Assembly: GCA_963717145.1 (NCBI GenBank)
Contig: OY970325.1
Span: 2,048,001-2,112,000 of the forward strand
From: an uncultured Armatimonadetes bacterium
GTDB taxonomy: Bacteria; Armatimonadota; UBA5829; DTJY01
DNA length: 64,000 nucleotides
Direction of reading: 5' to 3'
The position numbers and the translations under genes were made by a program. Each line of letters opens with the position of its first letter. The first letter of the stretch is position 1. Below the pieces are notes generated by a model. It did not search any database, was not told the origin of the DNA, and was given only the letters and a program-made list of their open reading frames with translations. Shown here piece after piece: positions 46,017 through 56,334 of the stretch.

Positions 46017-47396
46017 GTCAACGCGCCGAATTGCTTCACGAACGATGTTACCGAAACGGAAACGTTGCCTCAGATAAGAATGTTACCGAAACTGAGGCAT
46101 GGAGAAGATGACAACTGCATCCGTAAGAGAAGTCGTGAGGCGCAAACGCAAAGAATATGGCAAAGCCACCAAATCGGAGAAGAAGCTGGTATTGAGTGAA
46201 GTCCAGGGATTGACCGGTTACCACAGGAAGTCGCTGGTGAGGCTGTTCGCGAAAGGAGTTCCACCAGCGAGGAGTCCAGTGAGACGCGCAAGGAAGTCGA
46301 AATACGAGCCGATAGCCCACAAGCTGAAGACACTCTGGGCTGCGAGTTTCTACGCGTGCGGTAAGCGTCTGCAGCCGTTTCTGACTGAGTTTCTACCCAT
46401 ACTGGAGTCATTCGGGGAGATAACGGTTACACCAGAAGAAGAGAGGCTGCTTAACTCGATCAGCGCGTCGAGCATCGACAGGTTGATGAAGAAGGAGCGG
46501 TCTGCCCTATCGCTAACAGGGAGGACCTTAACAAAGCCGGGGACACTGCTTCGGTCTCAGATCCCGGTGAGGACGTTTGCCGACTGGGATGAAGCTGAGC
46601 CTGGGTTCTTCGAGATGGACTTGGTGGGTCATTGCGGAGGTGACGGGAGCGGAGAGTTCCTGTATACTTTGACTATGACTGATGTAGCGACCGGATGGGT
46701 AGCGCTTGATGGAATGAAAGGCCGAGGGGAGCACGGAACCGTGCTTGCGGTGCAGTCCGCGTCCAAGAGCGCACCGTTTGCAGTCAGAGGCATAGATACC
46801 GACAACGGCGGCGAGTTCATCAACCATCACATGAACAAGTACTGTCGAGCGCACAGGATCACGTTTACGCGCAGTCGGCCTTACAAGAAGAACGATCAAT
46901 GTCATGTAGAGCAGAAGAACTGGAGCGTAGTCCGGCAGTTTATAGGTTACCGGCGATTCGAGACGGACGAGCAGCTTGCGGTACTAAAGGCGATATATCC
47001 GCTGATCGTGGCGTATCACAACTTCTGTCAGCCCATGATGCGTCTTAAAGAAAAGGAGCGGATTGGGAGTAAAGTGATCAAACGCTATGAGCCTGCGATG
47101 ACGCCGTACCGCAAGCTGATAAGTGTTGAAGGATGGCTTGACGATGAAGCAAAGGATCGCCTCGATAAAGAACGTAGAGCGACGAACCCGGTGGAGCTAC
47201 TAAGACGCATCCACAGGCTATCATCAAAGCTTGACAGGATGCCGAATAAAGACAGATCGAAAGCGAGCAAGGCGCGGCCCTGAGCGGCGATCAAGAGCCG
47301 ATCTGACATACTTGAACACACTACTTGGTAACATTATCAATGACGCAACGAATGGCGTTTCGGTAACAAAGTTAAATGAGGCAACACGCGCGCTGC
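46017..47396 (+). mobile_element. DDE/rve insertion sequence with repeated subterminal motifs (ends approximate)
   Basis: Two TTGC[C/T]TCA-N7-8-TGTTACC units at the left end (46031-46092) and two inverted units at the right end (47325-47386). Confidence 0.8.
46099..47283 (+). CDS. Transposase with integrase (rve) catalytic core
   Basis: EMDLVGHCG, TDVATGW, DTDNGGEFIN, RSRPYKKNDQCHVEQKN. Confidence 0.92.
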   Translation: MEKMTTASVREVVRRKRKEYGKATKSEKKLVLSEVQGLTGYHRKSLVRLFAKGVPPARSPVRRARKSKYEPIAHKLKTLWAASFYACGKRLQPFLTEFLPILESFGEITVTPEEERLLNSISASSIDRLMKKERSALSLTGRTLTKPGTLLRSQIPVRTFADWDEAEPGFFEMDLVGHCGGDGSGEFLYTLTMTDVATGWVALDGMKGRGEHGTVLAVQSASKSAPFAVRGIDTDNGGEFINHHMNKYCRAHRITFTRSRPYKKNDQCHVEQKNWSVVRQFIGYRRFETDEQLAVLKAIYPLIVAYHNFCQPMMRLKEKERIGSKVIKRYEPAMTPYRKLISVEGWLDDEAKDRLDKERRATNPVELLRRIHRLSSKLDRMPNKDRSKASKARP

Positions 47397-47467
47397 CCCC
47401 TCTGTCATCTTGAGCGGAACGAAGCATGACAACCGTGCGTCTAGTAATGATAGTGAAGCCTGCGCTT

Positions 47468-47483
47468 TGGCACGATTCTTGCA
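47468..47483 (+). promoter_or_regulatory. Sigma54 (-24/-12) promoter upstream of the S8 peptidase
   Basis: TGGCACG-ATTC-TTGCA. Confidence 0.8.
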
Positions 47484-47526
47484 CTTAGGGACCATTGATC
47501 AGCCAGATCTTGGGAGGCGGTCAACC

Positions 47527-50496
47527 GTGCGCTTCTCCGCGTTCATTCTCGCCGCTATAATACTGCTCACCACCGGCCCGGTATTTGCATCCGACGCAAC
47601 GATCCAACTGAAGTACGCCACCTTCGATCCACTCGCGGGTGAACCGAATGTGCCGAGTGATCTGCGCGCAGTAGAGACGCCGGGACAGACTGGCTACTAC
47701 ATAGTCCAGTTCGGAGGCCCAGTCGATGACGGCATGAAAGACGAGGTCATCTCTCTGGGGGCCGAACTGCTCGACTACGTCCCGGATTTCGCGTTCATCA
47801 CACGCATGACGCCTGAGATCGCGGCAAACGTCGCGCAGACGGACTTCGTCCGATGGGTCGGCCTCTATCATCCCGCCTACAGCATCAGCCCACGGTTCGC
47901 AAAGGTCAGAGCCGCCGCGAGTGTCAAGGCCACCGTCCTCATGTTTCCCGGCGAAAGCGCCGCTGATGTGGCGGTCGAAGTGACGAAGTCGGCTGGGACC
48001 GTTCACGCATCCGGGTCGGGCAACAATCCATATGTCGAAACGACGATACCCGCACAGGCGATAAGCGGGATCGCGAGAAAACGCGGCGTTGCATGGATCG
48101 AGCCGGTGGTTGAGCGCAAGCTCTTCAACGACGTATCGCGCGGGATAATGAGCGTGAACTCGACATGGAGCGGCATCGGCATCTACGGCAGCGGCGAGAT
48201 GGTGGCAATCGCCGACACCGGCCTCGATACCGGGAGCTTGAACACGATCTCCGCAGACTTCGCCGGGAGAGTATACAAAACCTACAAGCTCGGACGGAGC
48301 AACAAGTGGGACGATCCGGACGCCCACGGGACGCACGTCGCCGGCTCGGTCCTCGGAAGCGGGGTCCTCTCCGGAAGCAACCCGGCCTCCCACAGCTATG
48401 CGACGTCATTCGCTGGGACGGCGCCCGAAGCTCAACTGGTCTTCCAGTCGCTAATAAACGCATCAGGGACACTGAGCGGGATCCCGTCCGATCTCAATAC
48501 CCTCTACCAGCCAACCTATACCGACGGTGCGCGCGTCCATACAAACAGTTGGGGAGCGCCCAACAATGGAACCTACAACACCGATTCGCGCAACACGGAT
48601 ATGTTCATGTGGAACCACAAGGATATGACGATCCTGTTTTCGGCCGGCAACGAAGGGACAGACAGCAACTCCGACGGCGTTGTGGATGCCGACTCAATCG
48701 GGACACCGGGGACGGCCAAGAACTGCATCACGGTCGGCGCGAGCGAGAACTATCGGCCCTCGGGAGGCGCGCAGGGTACATATGGCGCATACTGGCCGAG
48801 CGATTTTCCGGCCAATCCTCTGAACAGCGACAGAGTGAGCAACAATTCCTCCGGCATGGTCGCATTCAGCAGCCGCGGCCCGACGGACGATAACCGCATC
48901 AAGCCGGACATAGTCGCGCCCGGGACCAACGTCATTTCTGCTCGATCTCACGGAAACGGATCCGGCACACTCTGGGGCGTCTACAACAACGATTACCTCT
49001 ACTCAGGCGGCACAAGCATGTCCACCCCGATCGTCGCCGGAACCTGCGCGCTCGTGAGAGAGTATTACCGCACACAGAGAAGCCACGTCCCGACTGCGGC
49101 CCTCATCAAGGCCACGCTGCTCAATGGCGCAACAGAATTGAACCCCGGCCAGTATGGAAGCGGGAGCACGCGGGAGATATCGAGCAATCGGCCGAACAAC
49201 GTCGAGGGATGGGGCCGAGTCGATCTCGCCTACAGCATAATGCCCACCGCCCCCAGAATGGTCGAATACGTCGACAACACCACCGGATTGAGCACCGGCG
49301 GATCGGCCATCCACACATATGGCGTCTGGGCGGCGACCAGCCCGCTTCGGATTACCCTGGTGTGGACGGACTATCCCTCACTGACATCGGCATCCGTCAA
49401 CCTGGTGAACGACCTCGACTTGACCGTGCAGCCGCCGAGCGGTCCCCTCCTGCGCGGAAACGGCACGACGGATCGGCGGAACAACGTCGAGGGAGTCGAT
49501 ATCGCTTCCCCGGCGGCGGGAAGCTACACCATCACGGTCACGGGCTACAACATACCGAACGGACCCCAGCCCTTCGCGATCGTGGTCTCAGGTGTGCTCG
49601 GAACTCCGCCGCCCCCGCCGACCGCCGTGATCGATTTCCCAGCGGACGGCCAGATCCTCGCGGGCAAGGTGAGCCTCAGAGGGACGGCATCGGGCGCGAG
49701 CTTCCTCAACTACACTCTCGAGTATGGGTCGGGATCGTCGCCGTCTTCATGGACGATGATCGGCAGCGCGCACACCACGCCGGTTACCAATGGGCTGCTC
49801 GGACAATGGGATACGACGTTGGTGCCAAACGGCACGTACACTGTCCGACTCACTGCCCGGAATGACGCGGCATCGACCACGGACACACTGGCAGTTTCGG
49901 TCCTTCACACCTCTTTGGCGGCTGCAAAGAGCAACTCGGACGGGACGCCGATCACTCTCACTGGTATGGTCGTGAGCGCAACTTCTTCGCAACTGGCCGG
50001 CTCGATGTGGGTTCAGGAACTGGATCGAGCGTCGGGCATCAGGATAAACTCCGCGTCCCTGCCAACGACCCTCGTGGGACAGATCGTCACGGTTCAGGGG
50101 ACGATCTCGACATCCGGAGGCGAGCGCGTGATCATCAATCCTGTCGTCGGAGGGACGGGAACAGCCGTGGTCCCGAAGCCGCTTTCGATAGCGAACCGAA
50201 GCATCGGGGGAGGCGCGGCAAACCCCGCTGACACCGGACTGGCGAACGTCGGCCTGCTCGTAACGATCTGGGGCGAAGTGACATACGTGGGTTCGGACTA
50301 CTTCTATGCGGACGACGGCTCGAACCTCGCAGACGGATCGGGAAACCGAGGCGTGAAGGTACATACCCGCACTCTGACGCGGCCATCCTTCGGACAGACC
50401 GCGGTGGTGACCGGGATGTGTTCCGCGGAAGTGGTCGGTTCCGTCACGCGCCGAGTCATCCGCCCGCGCATCCAGACGGATCTGGTGTACCGCTAA
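47527..50496 (+). CDS. Secreted S8 subtilisin-like serine protease (KP-43-like) with C-terminal accessory domains
   Basis: Triad motifs IADTG, HGTHVAG, GTSMS; LRITLVWTD..NDLDL jelly-roll; Ig-like and beta-rich tail. Confidence 0.93.
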   Translation: MRFSAFILAAIILLTTGPVFASDATIQLKYATFDPLAGEPNVPSDLRAVETPGQTGYYIVQFGGPVDDGMKDEVISLGAELLDYVPDFAFITRMTPEIAANVAQTDFVRWVGLYHPAYSISPRFAKVRAAASVKATVLMFPGESAADVAVEVTKSAGTVHASGSGNNPYVETTIPAQAISGIARKRGVAWIEPVVERKLFNDVSRGIMSVNSTWSGIGIYGSGEMVAIADTGLDTGSLNTISADFAGRVYKTYKLGRSNKWDDPDAHGTHVAGSVLGSGVLSGSNPASHSYATSFAGTAPEAQLVFQSLINASGTLSGIPSDLNTLYQPTYTDGARVHTNSWGAPNNGTYNTDSRNTDMFMWNHKDMTILFSAGNEGTDSNSDGVVDADSIGTPGTAKNCITVGASENYRPSGGAQGTYGAYWPSDFPANPLNSDRVSNNSSGMVAFSSRGPTDDNRIKPDIVAPGTNVISARSHGNGSGTLWGVYNNDYLYSGGTSMSTPIVAGTCALVREYYRTQRSHVPTAALIKATLLNGATELNPGQYGSGSTREISSNRPNNVEGWGRVDLAYSIMPTAPRMVEYVDNTTGLSTGGSAIHTYGVWAATSPLRITLVWTDYPSLTSASVNLVNDLDLTVQPPSGPLLRGNGTTDRRNNVEGVDIASPAAGSYTITVTGYNIPNGPQPFAIVVSGVLGTPPPPPTAVIDFPADGQILAGKVSLRGTASGASFLNYTLEYGSGSSPSSWTMIGSAHTTPVTNGLLGQWDTTLVPNGTYTVRLTARNDAASTTDTLAVSVLHTSLAAAKSNSDGTPITLTGMVVSATSSQLAGSMWVQELDRASGIRINSASLPTTLVGQIVTVQGTISTSGGERVIINPVVGGTGTAVVPKPLSIANRSIGGGAANPADTGLANVGLLVTIWGEVTYVGSDYFYADDGSNLADGSGNRGVKVHTRTLTRPSFGQTAVVTGMCSAEVVGSVTRRVIRPRIQTDLVYR

Positions 50497-50724
50497 CGTC
50501 GAGACACTCAACAGCCAAATGTGAACGAAATATACCTGTATCGTCACGCTCCTGACATTGACGGGGGGAGGTATCCGTCGTAAAGTATATTGATATTGAC
50601 CTGCCACTCAGACTACCCATGCATGAGTGTAAAGTTCACTAGGGAAGCTCAGCATGCGGCAGGTGCTTCGCACGAACCGAAGAGTCGCAGCAGAACTGAA
50701 GTCAATATCCAGGAGGCGTCACCC

Positions 50725-51861
50725 GTGAAATCCGCAGTACGATTGGCTTTGCCCCTCCTCATTCTGCTGGGCATGATTCCACCGGCGTTGGGGATGACCG
50801 AATTCCGGGGATTGTATGTGGATGCTTTTCACCCAGGCATCAAGACGCACGAAGAAGTCACCCAGATGGTGAGCGCCGCCAAGGCGGCGAACTTCAATGC
50901 TCTGATCGTGCAGGTTCGCAAGAGAGGAGATGCCTACTACAACTCGAAGATCGAGCCGAAGGCATCCGATATTGCAACTGACTACGATCCCCTGGCCGAT
51001 GTTGTCAAGCAAGCGCATGCAGCAGGTCTGGAGGTTCATGCTTGGCTCACAGTTTACGAAGTGTCGAACAAGCTCTACAATCTTGGGTCGGCTCATGTCA
51101 GTATTGCCCACCCCGAGTGGCTGATGAAGAACAGCTCAGGTGAGGCGATCCTGACGCGCGGTGCAATGTGTCTTGATCCGGGCATTCCACAAGTCCAGCA
51201 ACACCTGCTATGCGTGATCATGGACGTCGCCCGGGGGTATGCCGTCGACGGAATCCACCTGGACAAGATCGTCTATCCCGATACCTCATGTGGCTACAAC
51301 GAGATCAGCCTGACACGCTTCAATCAGCAGTTCGGGCGCGCCGGTTCTCCCAGCAATGATGATTCGGAGTGGGTCCAATGGAGGTGCGATCAGGTGACAG
51401 GCTTGGTCCGCGCGGCCCAGCAGGCCATAGCTGCAATCAGACCTGCAGTCAAGCTCTCGGTCGCAGTCACATCAGACGCGCCGGAGTCATCAGCATCGGT
51501 GAGCCTGCAGGAGTGGTCGACATGGGTGAGCGAAGGCGCAGTTGATTTCGTCGTGCCCATGATGTTTTTCGACAAGGACTGGATGGAATGCCATGCTCGC
51601 AATGCGGTTCGTTCGGCCCATGATCGTGCCGTCTACATCGGCGTGGGAACATACCAACTGTCACCCGAAATGGCACGAAAGCATATCTCGGATATCAGAG
51701 CTGCCGGGGGAAAAGGCATGGTTGCATACAGCTACCATTACCTTGGGCCGAACTCGGTGGGGGCTAGCGTCAAGCTATCCGATTTGGCGACGGATGTGTT
51801 TAGCGAGACGGCGAGCCCGCCAGCGATGGCATGGAAGGAATCGGAAGGGGGCGCTGACTAA
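50725..51861 (+). CDS. GHL10 (YddW-like) family glycoside hydrolase
   Basis: EFRGLYV, QVRKRGDAYY, DPLA..HAAGLEVHAW, LDPG, DGIHLD. Confidence 0.88.
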   Translation: MKSAVRLALPLLILLGMIPPALGMTEFRGLYVDAFHPGIKTHEEVTQMVSAAKAANFNALIVQVRKRGDAYYNSKIEPKASDIATDYDPLADVVKQAHAAGLEVHAWLTVYEVSNKLYNLGSAHVSIAHPEWLMKNSSGEAILTRGAMCLDPGIPQVQQHLLCVIMDVARGYAVDGIHLDKIVYPDTSCGYNEISLTRFNQQFGRAGSPSNDDSEWVQWRCDQVTGLVRAAQQAIAAIRPAVKLSVAVTSDAPESSASVSLQEWSTWVSEGAVDFVVPMMFFDKDWMECHARNAVRSAHDRAVYIGVGTYQLSPEMARKHISDIRAAGGKGMVAYSYHYLGPNSVGASVKLSDLATDVFSETASPPAMAWKESEGGAD

Positions 51862-53093
51862 TGGCACTGACGCGATTCCAGTGCGCACATCTTCTCTATG
51901 CAGTGTGCATGTCATTATGTGCGGTTTCGGTCTGCTATGCAACCGACCCACCGGAGAACAATATACAGCTACATGTCACTGCTTCACCGAACCCAGTTTG
52001 TGTTGGTGGCACGGTCACATTCAGTCTGACAGCCTCCGATTCGGACTATTCATACCCTGGGCCGCAATGTGGCAACAATTATCAGGAACTCACGTTTCCC
52101 GACTGGCCTGATCCGCTGAATCCGCCACATAAGCAGATGGACGTGCATGGCCAGTGGAATGGTTCGTATGAGGGCACGTGTGATGTGGTCTACCCGAACG
52201 CAGGTGTGTTTCCAGTTCACATATCGGCCGATGACTCGGGGTGCCTAAACGATCCCCAGAAGGACTGGAACGAGGATATTAAGGTGTGCGAGCTAAGCAT
52301 CTCCTTCCCGCCAGGTGGAAATAGGAACTGGGTAGAATACGGATGTGGGGCCTACGGGTTATCCATCACATGCTCACTGGGCATCGGCTGTCCGGACGTT
52401 GACATGCCTATTATCAACACAACCGGTCCTCTGTCGGTGGACGGCTTCCCGATGACCGGAAAACTGGGCAGCAGAAGCTATCGAATCATGTTACGTGGGA
52501 GCGATCCTCAGGGCTGCGAGCAGTCTGGCACAGTGACGGCGCGGGTTGGCGACTGCCTATCTAATGCACTCTCGATTCCCGCGAAGGAATTGCCAGCGTA
52601 CACATATACCCCTGACGCCATGCAGCCGACCGTCTACTATATGGGTGAAAGGACGTTTGCAGATATTGGTGAGAGTCCACCTCTCGGTTGCTTCCCATGG
52701 GATCCGGCCTATGGCTGTATAACGACTGCAACAGGTTCGTTGTGTGTTTCCGGTTGTCCACCATATGAAGATAAGTACTACCGCGAAGAGCTGTATTGTG
52801 GTGACGGCTGCGAGGAGTGCGTCTTGGGACATGAAGCCGATGGCTACATCCCGGCAGGCTACCTAGGCTGTGCTTCTTTTCCAGATGAATATGGGTTCTT
52901 CACGTGCACATGCACCGGCGATCCAGAAAGATGGCGACGCTCTTACAAGATCAAGCAGCAATATTGGATCGGCAACTGCAAAGTATCGGAACATTGCGTA
53001 TCCATCGACCGTGACAGCTATACAGGGACCTGCTTCGACTTCACACAGACGGTAACGGTGGTCCCCACCTGGAACTGGTGTAGCTGCCAGTGA
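51861..53093 (+). CDS. Cys-rich secreted hypothetical protein
   Basis: Signal peptide; 29 Cys in 410 aa; N-terminal PKD/Ig-like strand pattern. Confidence 0.7.
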   Translation: MALTRFQCAHLLYAVCMSLCAVSVCYATDPPENNIQLHVTASPNPVCVGGTVTFSLTASDSDYSYPGPQCGNNYQELTFPDWPDPLNPPHKQMDVHGQWNGSYEGTCDVVYPNAGVFPVHISADDSGCLNDPQKDWNEDIKVCELSISFPPGGNRNWVEYGCGAYGLSITCSLGIGCPDVDMPIINTTGPLSVDGFPMTGKLGSRSYRIMLRGSDPQGCEQSGTVTARVGDCLSNALSIPAKELPAYTYTPDAMQPTVYYMGERTFADIGESPPLGCFPWDPAYGCITTATGSLCVSGCPPYEDKYYREELYCGDGCEECVLGHEADGYIPAGYLGCASFPDEYGFFTCTCTGDPERWRRSYKIKQQYWIGNCKVSEHCVSIDRDSYTGTCFDFTQTVTVVPTWNWCSCQ

Positions 53094-53130
53094 TCGCCAG
53101 TGCGACAGACTGCCATAGGAGGAGTTTAGG

Positions 53131-53901
53131 ATGCGTGTATCTGTTCACCATAGAATATTTTGCTGTCTTACGATAGCAGCCGCGCTGTGCGCTTATGTCG
53201 ATGCGTCACCTGTCAAGACTGCCCCGTCTGACAGGCTCAAGGCCGCACTTGACATAGGGATGCCCGGACAGGATGCCAAGGGCGAGAAGCTTGACCGATT
53301 GATCCGGGACGTGCTCTACTACACGCAGCAGGCGTCTGGTGCGTCGGTTAATGTTTCGATCGAGTATGACTCGTCGGCCAAGGGGCCGCTAGTGACTGCG
53401 AAGATTCCCGTGGGTTCTCTGCGCAGCCAACTCGATGCAATCTCAGACTCAGCCAGCTACAGTTGGACGGCTGACGGCGATTGGGTCGAGTTCATCCCAC
53501 GATCCAAAGCCAACGACCCACAATACATCTTGAACAAGCGCATACCTGGCAGGGTGGTGGTGACTCGTGATCCGCTGAGGGCTACATCCATCAAGGAATG
53601 GCTTGCAGCCAATAATGTTAGCACTACTAGGGATATCCATCGACTCCGGTTCATTGCCGATCCGTCAAAACCCGTACGAGAGGACACGAACTGGAAGCCT
53701 GTCTCGTTCTCGGTCGAATTGCAGGATCCCACACTGAGGGAGTATGCTGTGGCCACCGAGGCCCTGTACGGTCATGATATATGCACCATGATAGTGAAGG
53801 AAGCTCGTGGCAAAGATGGCAAGGTGCAGAGCGTATCCCTCACCTCTTGGGGACAGTGCACAAAGCCCATACCGAAGGACAAGCAGCCCGCCAAGCAGTA
53901 G
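53131..53901 (+). CDS. Secreted hypothetical protein
   Basis: Strong RBS AGGAGGAG, signal peptide, LRSQLDAI..YSW STN-like segment. Confidence 0.7.
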   Translation: MRVSVHHRIFCCLTIAAALCAYVDASPVKTAPSDRLKAALDIGMPGQDAKGEKLDRLIRDVLYYTQQASGASVNVSIEYDSSAKGPLVTAKIPVGSLRSQLDAISDSASYSWTADGDWVEFIPRSKANDPQYILNKRIPGRVVVTRDPLRATSIKEWLAANNVSTTRDIHRLRFIADPSKPVREDTNWKPVSFSVELQDPTLREYAVATEALYGHDICTMIVKEARGKDGKVQSVSLTSWGQCTKPIPKDKQPAKQ

Positions 53902-53953
53902 TCATGATGCAGGGCAGGCACTGGTAGGCCTTGATGAACGCTTTCTGGGCGAG

Positions 53954-54003
53954 GTAACAGCCCGTAGAGGAGGTCTTAGAAGGCTTCCTCTACGGGCTGT
54001 TAC
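53954..54003. terminator. Hairpin between convergent genes (possible bidirectional terminator)
   Basis: GTAACAGCCCGTAGAGGA / TCCTCTACGGGCTGTTAC. Confidence 0.6.
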
Positions 54004-54998
54004 AGCTTGAGCACTTTCTTGAGGAACGGCGTGAAGGCCTGGGCCATGAGGTAGAAGCCCAGCGAGTTGGGGTGTACGCCGTCGACCAGGCCGAACGCGG
54101 TCTCCGGGGTGATCATCTTGCGGCCGTCGAAGAAGTGGATATTCCGATCGCCCTCACTCTTCATCTGCTTGACGTACTCCTCCCCGGCGTTCCTCTGCTC
54201 CTCATGCATGCCGCCGTCGAGCGCGTCGCGCGTGTAGAAGAACGGGCCCATGACGATGATCGGCTCGGTCTTGTGGACCCTGCGCAGTTCGCCGATGAAG
54301 ACCGGAAGGTTCTCGCGGTAGTCCTTGCCCTTGTTCGCCCAGTGATCGATCACGAGACAGCAGCTCTCGATCTCGTTGATCGCCTTCGCGAGTTCGGGCT
54401 CCCCCAGCCCATTCCCGGAGAACCCCAGGTTGATGAAGTCCACATTGAGCGACCGCGAGACGAAGTTCTGATACGCCGTGCCGGGGGTCGAGGCGCATCC
54501 GCCCTGGGTGATGCTCGTGCCGTAGTAGACGACCGGCTTCTCGATGACGAACTCCTTGTGGCCCTTGATCGCCGCCCCCTCATCGAGGCCGATCTGTTCC
54601 AGGTGGACCGACTTGTAGAGCGGCATGTGGATGGTGACGTTCCGCAGCTTGCCCGCTTCCTTCTGAATCTGCCACTGTGCCTCGATCTTGCCGTCCGCAT
54701 CCGGGGAGACGCTGCCCATGAAGTTGCCGTCCACGTAGATGTCGAAGCCGCTCTGACCGATGCGGGTGATATGGTTCATGACGAAGAAGTCGGGCGACTT
54801 CGCTCGGACGCCGACGTGCGCCGAGTCGGTGGCGAACATGATGCGTCCGCCGGCGGGACTCTGGGCGAGGTCCCAGACGGGCGGCCGGAATGTGTCCTTC
54901 AGGCGCTCGGGCAGGCGTCGGAGGGCGGGGCGGTCCTCCTCGAACCAGGCGAGGCCGTGCACGCAGAATCCATCGTTGGGGAAATCCATCCAGTTCAT
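54000..54998 (-). CDS. SGNH/GDSL hydrolase
   Basis: YGTSITQG, NLGFSGNG, DGVHP. Confidence 0.9.
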   Translation of the reverse strand: MNWMDFPNDGFCVHGLAWFEEDRPALRRLPERLKDTFRPPVWDLAQSPAGGRIMFATDSAHVGVRAKSPDFFVMNHITRIGQSGFDIYVDGNFMGSVSPDADGKIEAQWQIQKEAGKLRNVTIHMPLYKSVHLEQIGLDEGAAIKGHKEFVIEKPVVYYGTSITQGGCASTPGTAYQNFVSRSLNVDFINLGFSGNGLGEPELAKAINEIESCCLVIDHWANKGKDYRENLPVFIGELRRVHKTEPIIVMGPFFYTRDALDGGMHEEQRNAGEEYVKQMKSEGDRNIHFFDGRKMITPETAFGLVDGVHPNSLGFYLMAQAFTPFLKKVLKL

Positions 54999-55101
54999 GC
55001 GGTAACTCCTTTGTCGATCTGCCACTACTTTACCGCCGAGATCGCGATGCGGTCAAGGGGAATGGTGGAGTGATGGAGTATTGGAGTATGGGGGTGACGG
55101 G

Positions 55102-56226
55102 ATGGCGATGACTTTGCGGGAGCGGATACTGGCTGTGTACAGGGGCGAGACGCCGGATGTGGTGCCATTCATGCTCGATCTGTCTCACTGGTTCTATCAC
55201 AAGAACCGGATGCCGTGGGATTTGAGCGTGGCCTATGACGCGCCTGAGAAGCAGTTGATCGACTACCACAAGCGCATGGGCGTGGGCTTCTATGTGCCGA
55301 ACCTGGGGTCTTTCTATTCGATCCGGCACACGAATGGCGTCACAGCCGAGGTCGAGCGGAAGGGCAACGAGATCGCGTGGCGGTATGACACGCCGCTGGG
55401 GAGCATCGAACGCACGCGCGTGTGGGAAGAGGGCAGCTACTCCTGGGCGATCAACAACTGGGGCGTCAGGACTGAGCGCGACTTAGGGGTGCTCGCTTGT
55501 GCTCTCGCCAATAGGGAGTTTGAGCCGCTCTGGGACCACTATCGTGCGTGGAATGAATGCGTCGGCGACTGTGGAGTGGTCTATCTGGTAGCGGGTTACA
55601 GCGCGATCGGACAACTGCTCAACTACTGGATGGGCGTCGAGGGCACCATGTACGCCGCGTACGACTGGCCCGATGCGATGCACAACGCAGTCGAGCAGAT
55701 CAATGAGAGCAATCTGCGGCTCATCGATCTGCTCGCAACGAGCCCGGCGGAGATCATCATCATGGGCGACAACATCTCGGCCGATGTCCAGCCGCCTCAT
55801 TTCTTCCGCGAATGGTCCGCGCCATACTACACCAAGGCGATCAACCGACTGCATGCGGCCGGGAAGTACGTAGCGGTACACATCGACGGCAAGCTCCGAG
55901 GCGCGGTGGCGATGGTCCGTGAGACAGGCGCCGACTGTGCTGATGCGGTGACTCCCACCCCGATGGGCGACCTCACGCCGGAGGAGTGCCGCGAGGAAGC
56001 CGGGCGCGAATTCATCCTGTCAGGCGGCGTGTCACCCAACCTCTGGCTACCGAATGTGAGCGAGAGCGACTTCAGTGCCGCCGTTCTCCGCTGGCTGGAA
56101 CTGCGGAAGATCAGCCCACGATTGATCGCCAATGCAGGTGACCAGGTCCCCCCGGAGGCAGCAGAAGACCGCATCGAGATCATGCGCGACCTGGTCGAGC
56201 AACACGGCGGCTACCAGGCTATATAG
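55102..56226 (+). CDS. Uroporphyrinogen decarboxylase-like (URO-D / MtaA-CmuA) family protein
   Basis: TLRERIL..GETPDVVP, MGDN, HIDG, GGV, GDQVPP. Confidence 0.8.
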   Translation: MAMTLRERILAVYRGETPDVVPFMLDLSHWFYHKNRMPWDLSVAYDAPEKQLIDYHKRMGVGFYVPNLGSFYSIRHTNGVTAEVERKGNEIAWRYDTPLGSIERTRVWEEGSYSWAINNWGVRTERDLGVLACALANREFEPLWDHYRAWNECVGDCGVVYLVAGYSAIGQLLNYWMGVEGTMYAAYDWPDAMHNAVEQINESNLRLIDLLATSPAEIIIMGDNISADVQPPHFFREWSAPYYTKAINRLHAAGKYVAVHIDGKLRGAVAMVRETGADCADAVTPTPMGDLTPEECREEAGREFILSGGVSPNLWLPNVSESDFSAAVLRWLELRKISPRLIANAGDQVPPEAAEDRIEIMRDLVEQHGGYQAI

Positions 56227-56334
56227 CCGATTCTCAGAGACCATGCTGTTTTGGCTTGCTGGCAGAGGGGTAATCCACTATAATACTGGTCATCCGAAGC
56301 GGCCCTTCCCGCCAGGGTCGATGGAGAATCCCCG

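Noticed and set aside
53954-54003. IS66-derived MITE (starts GTAACAG like the IS66 IR)
   Set aside because: Match is limited to 7 nt, there is no 8-bp TSD, and the position fits a terminator hairpin
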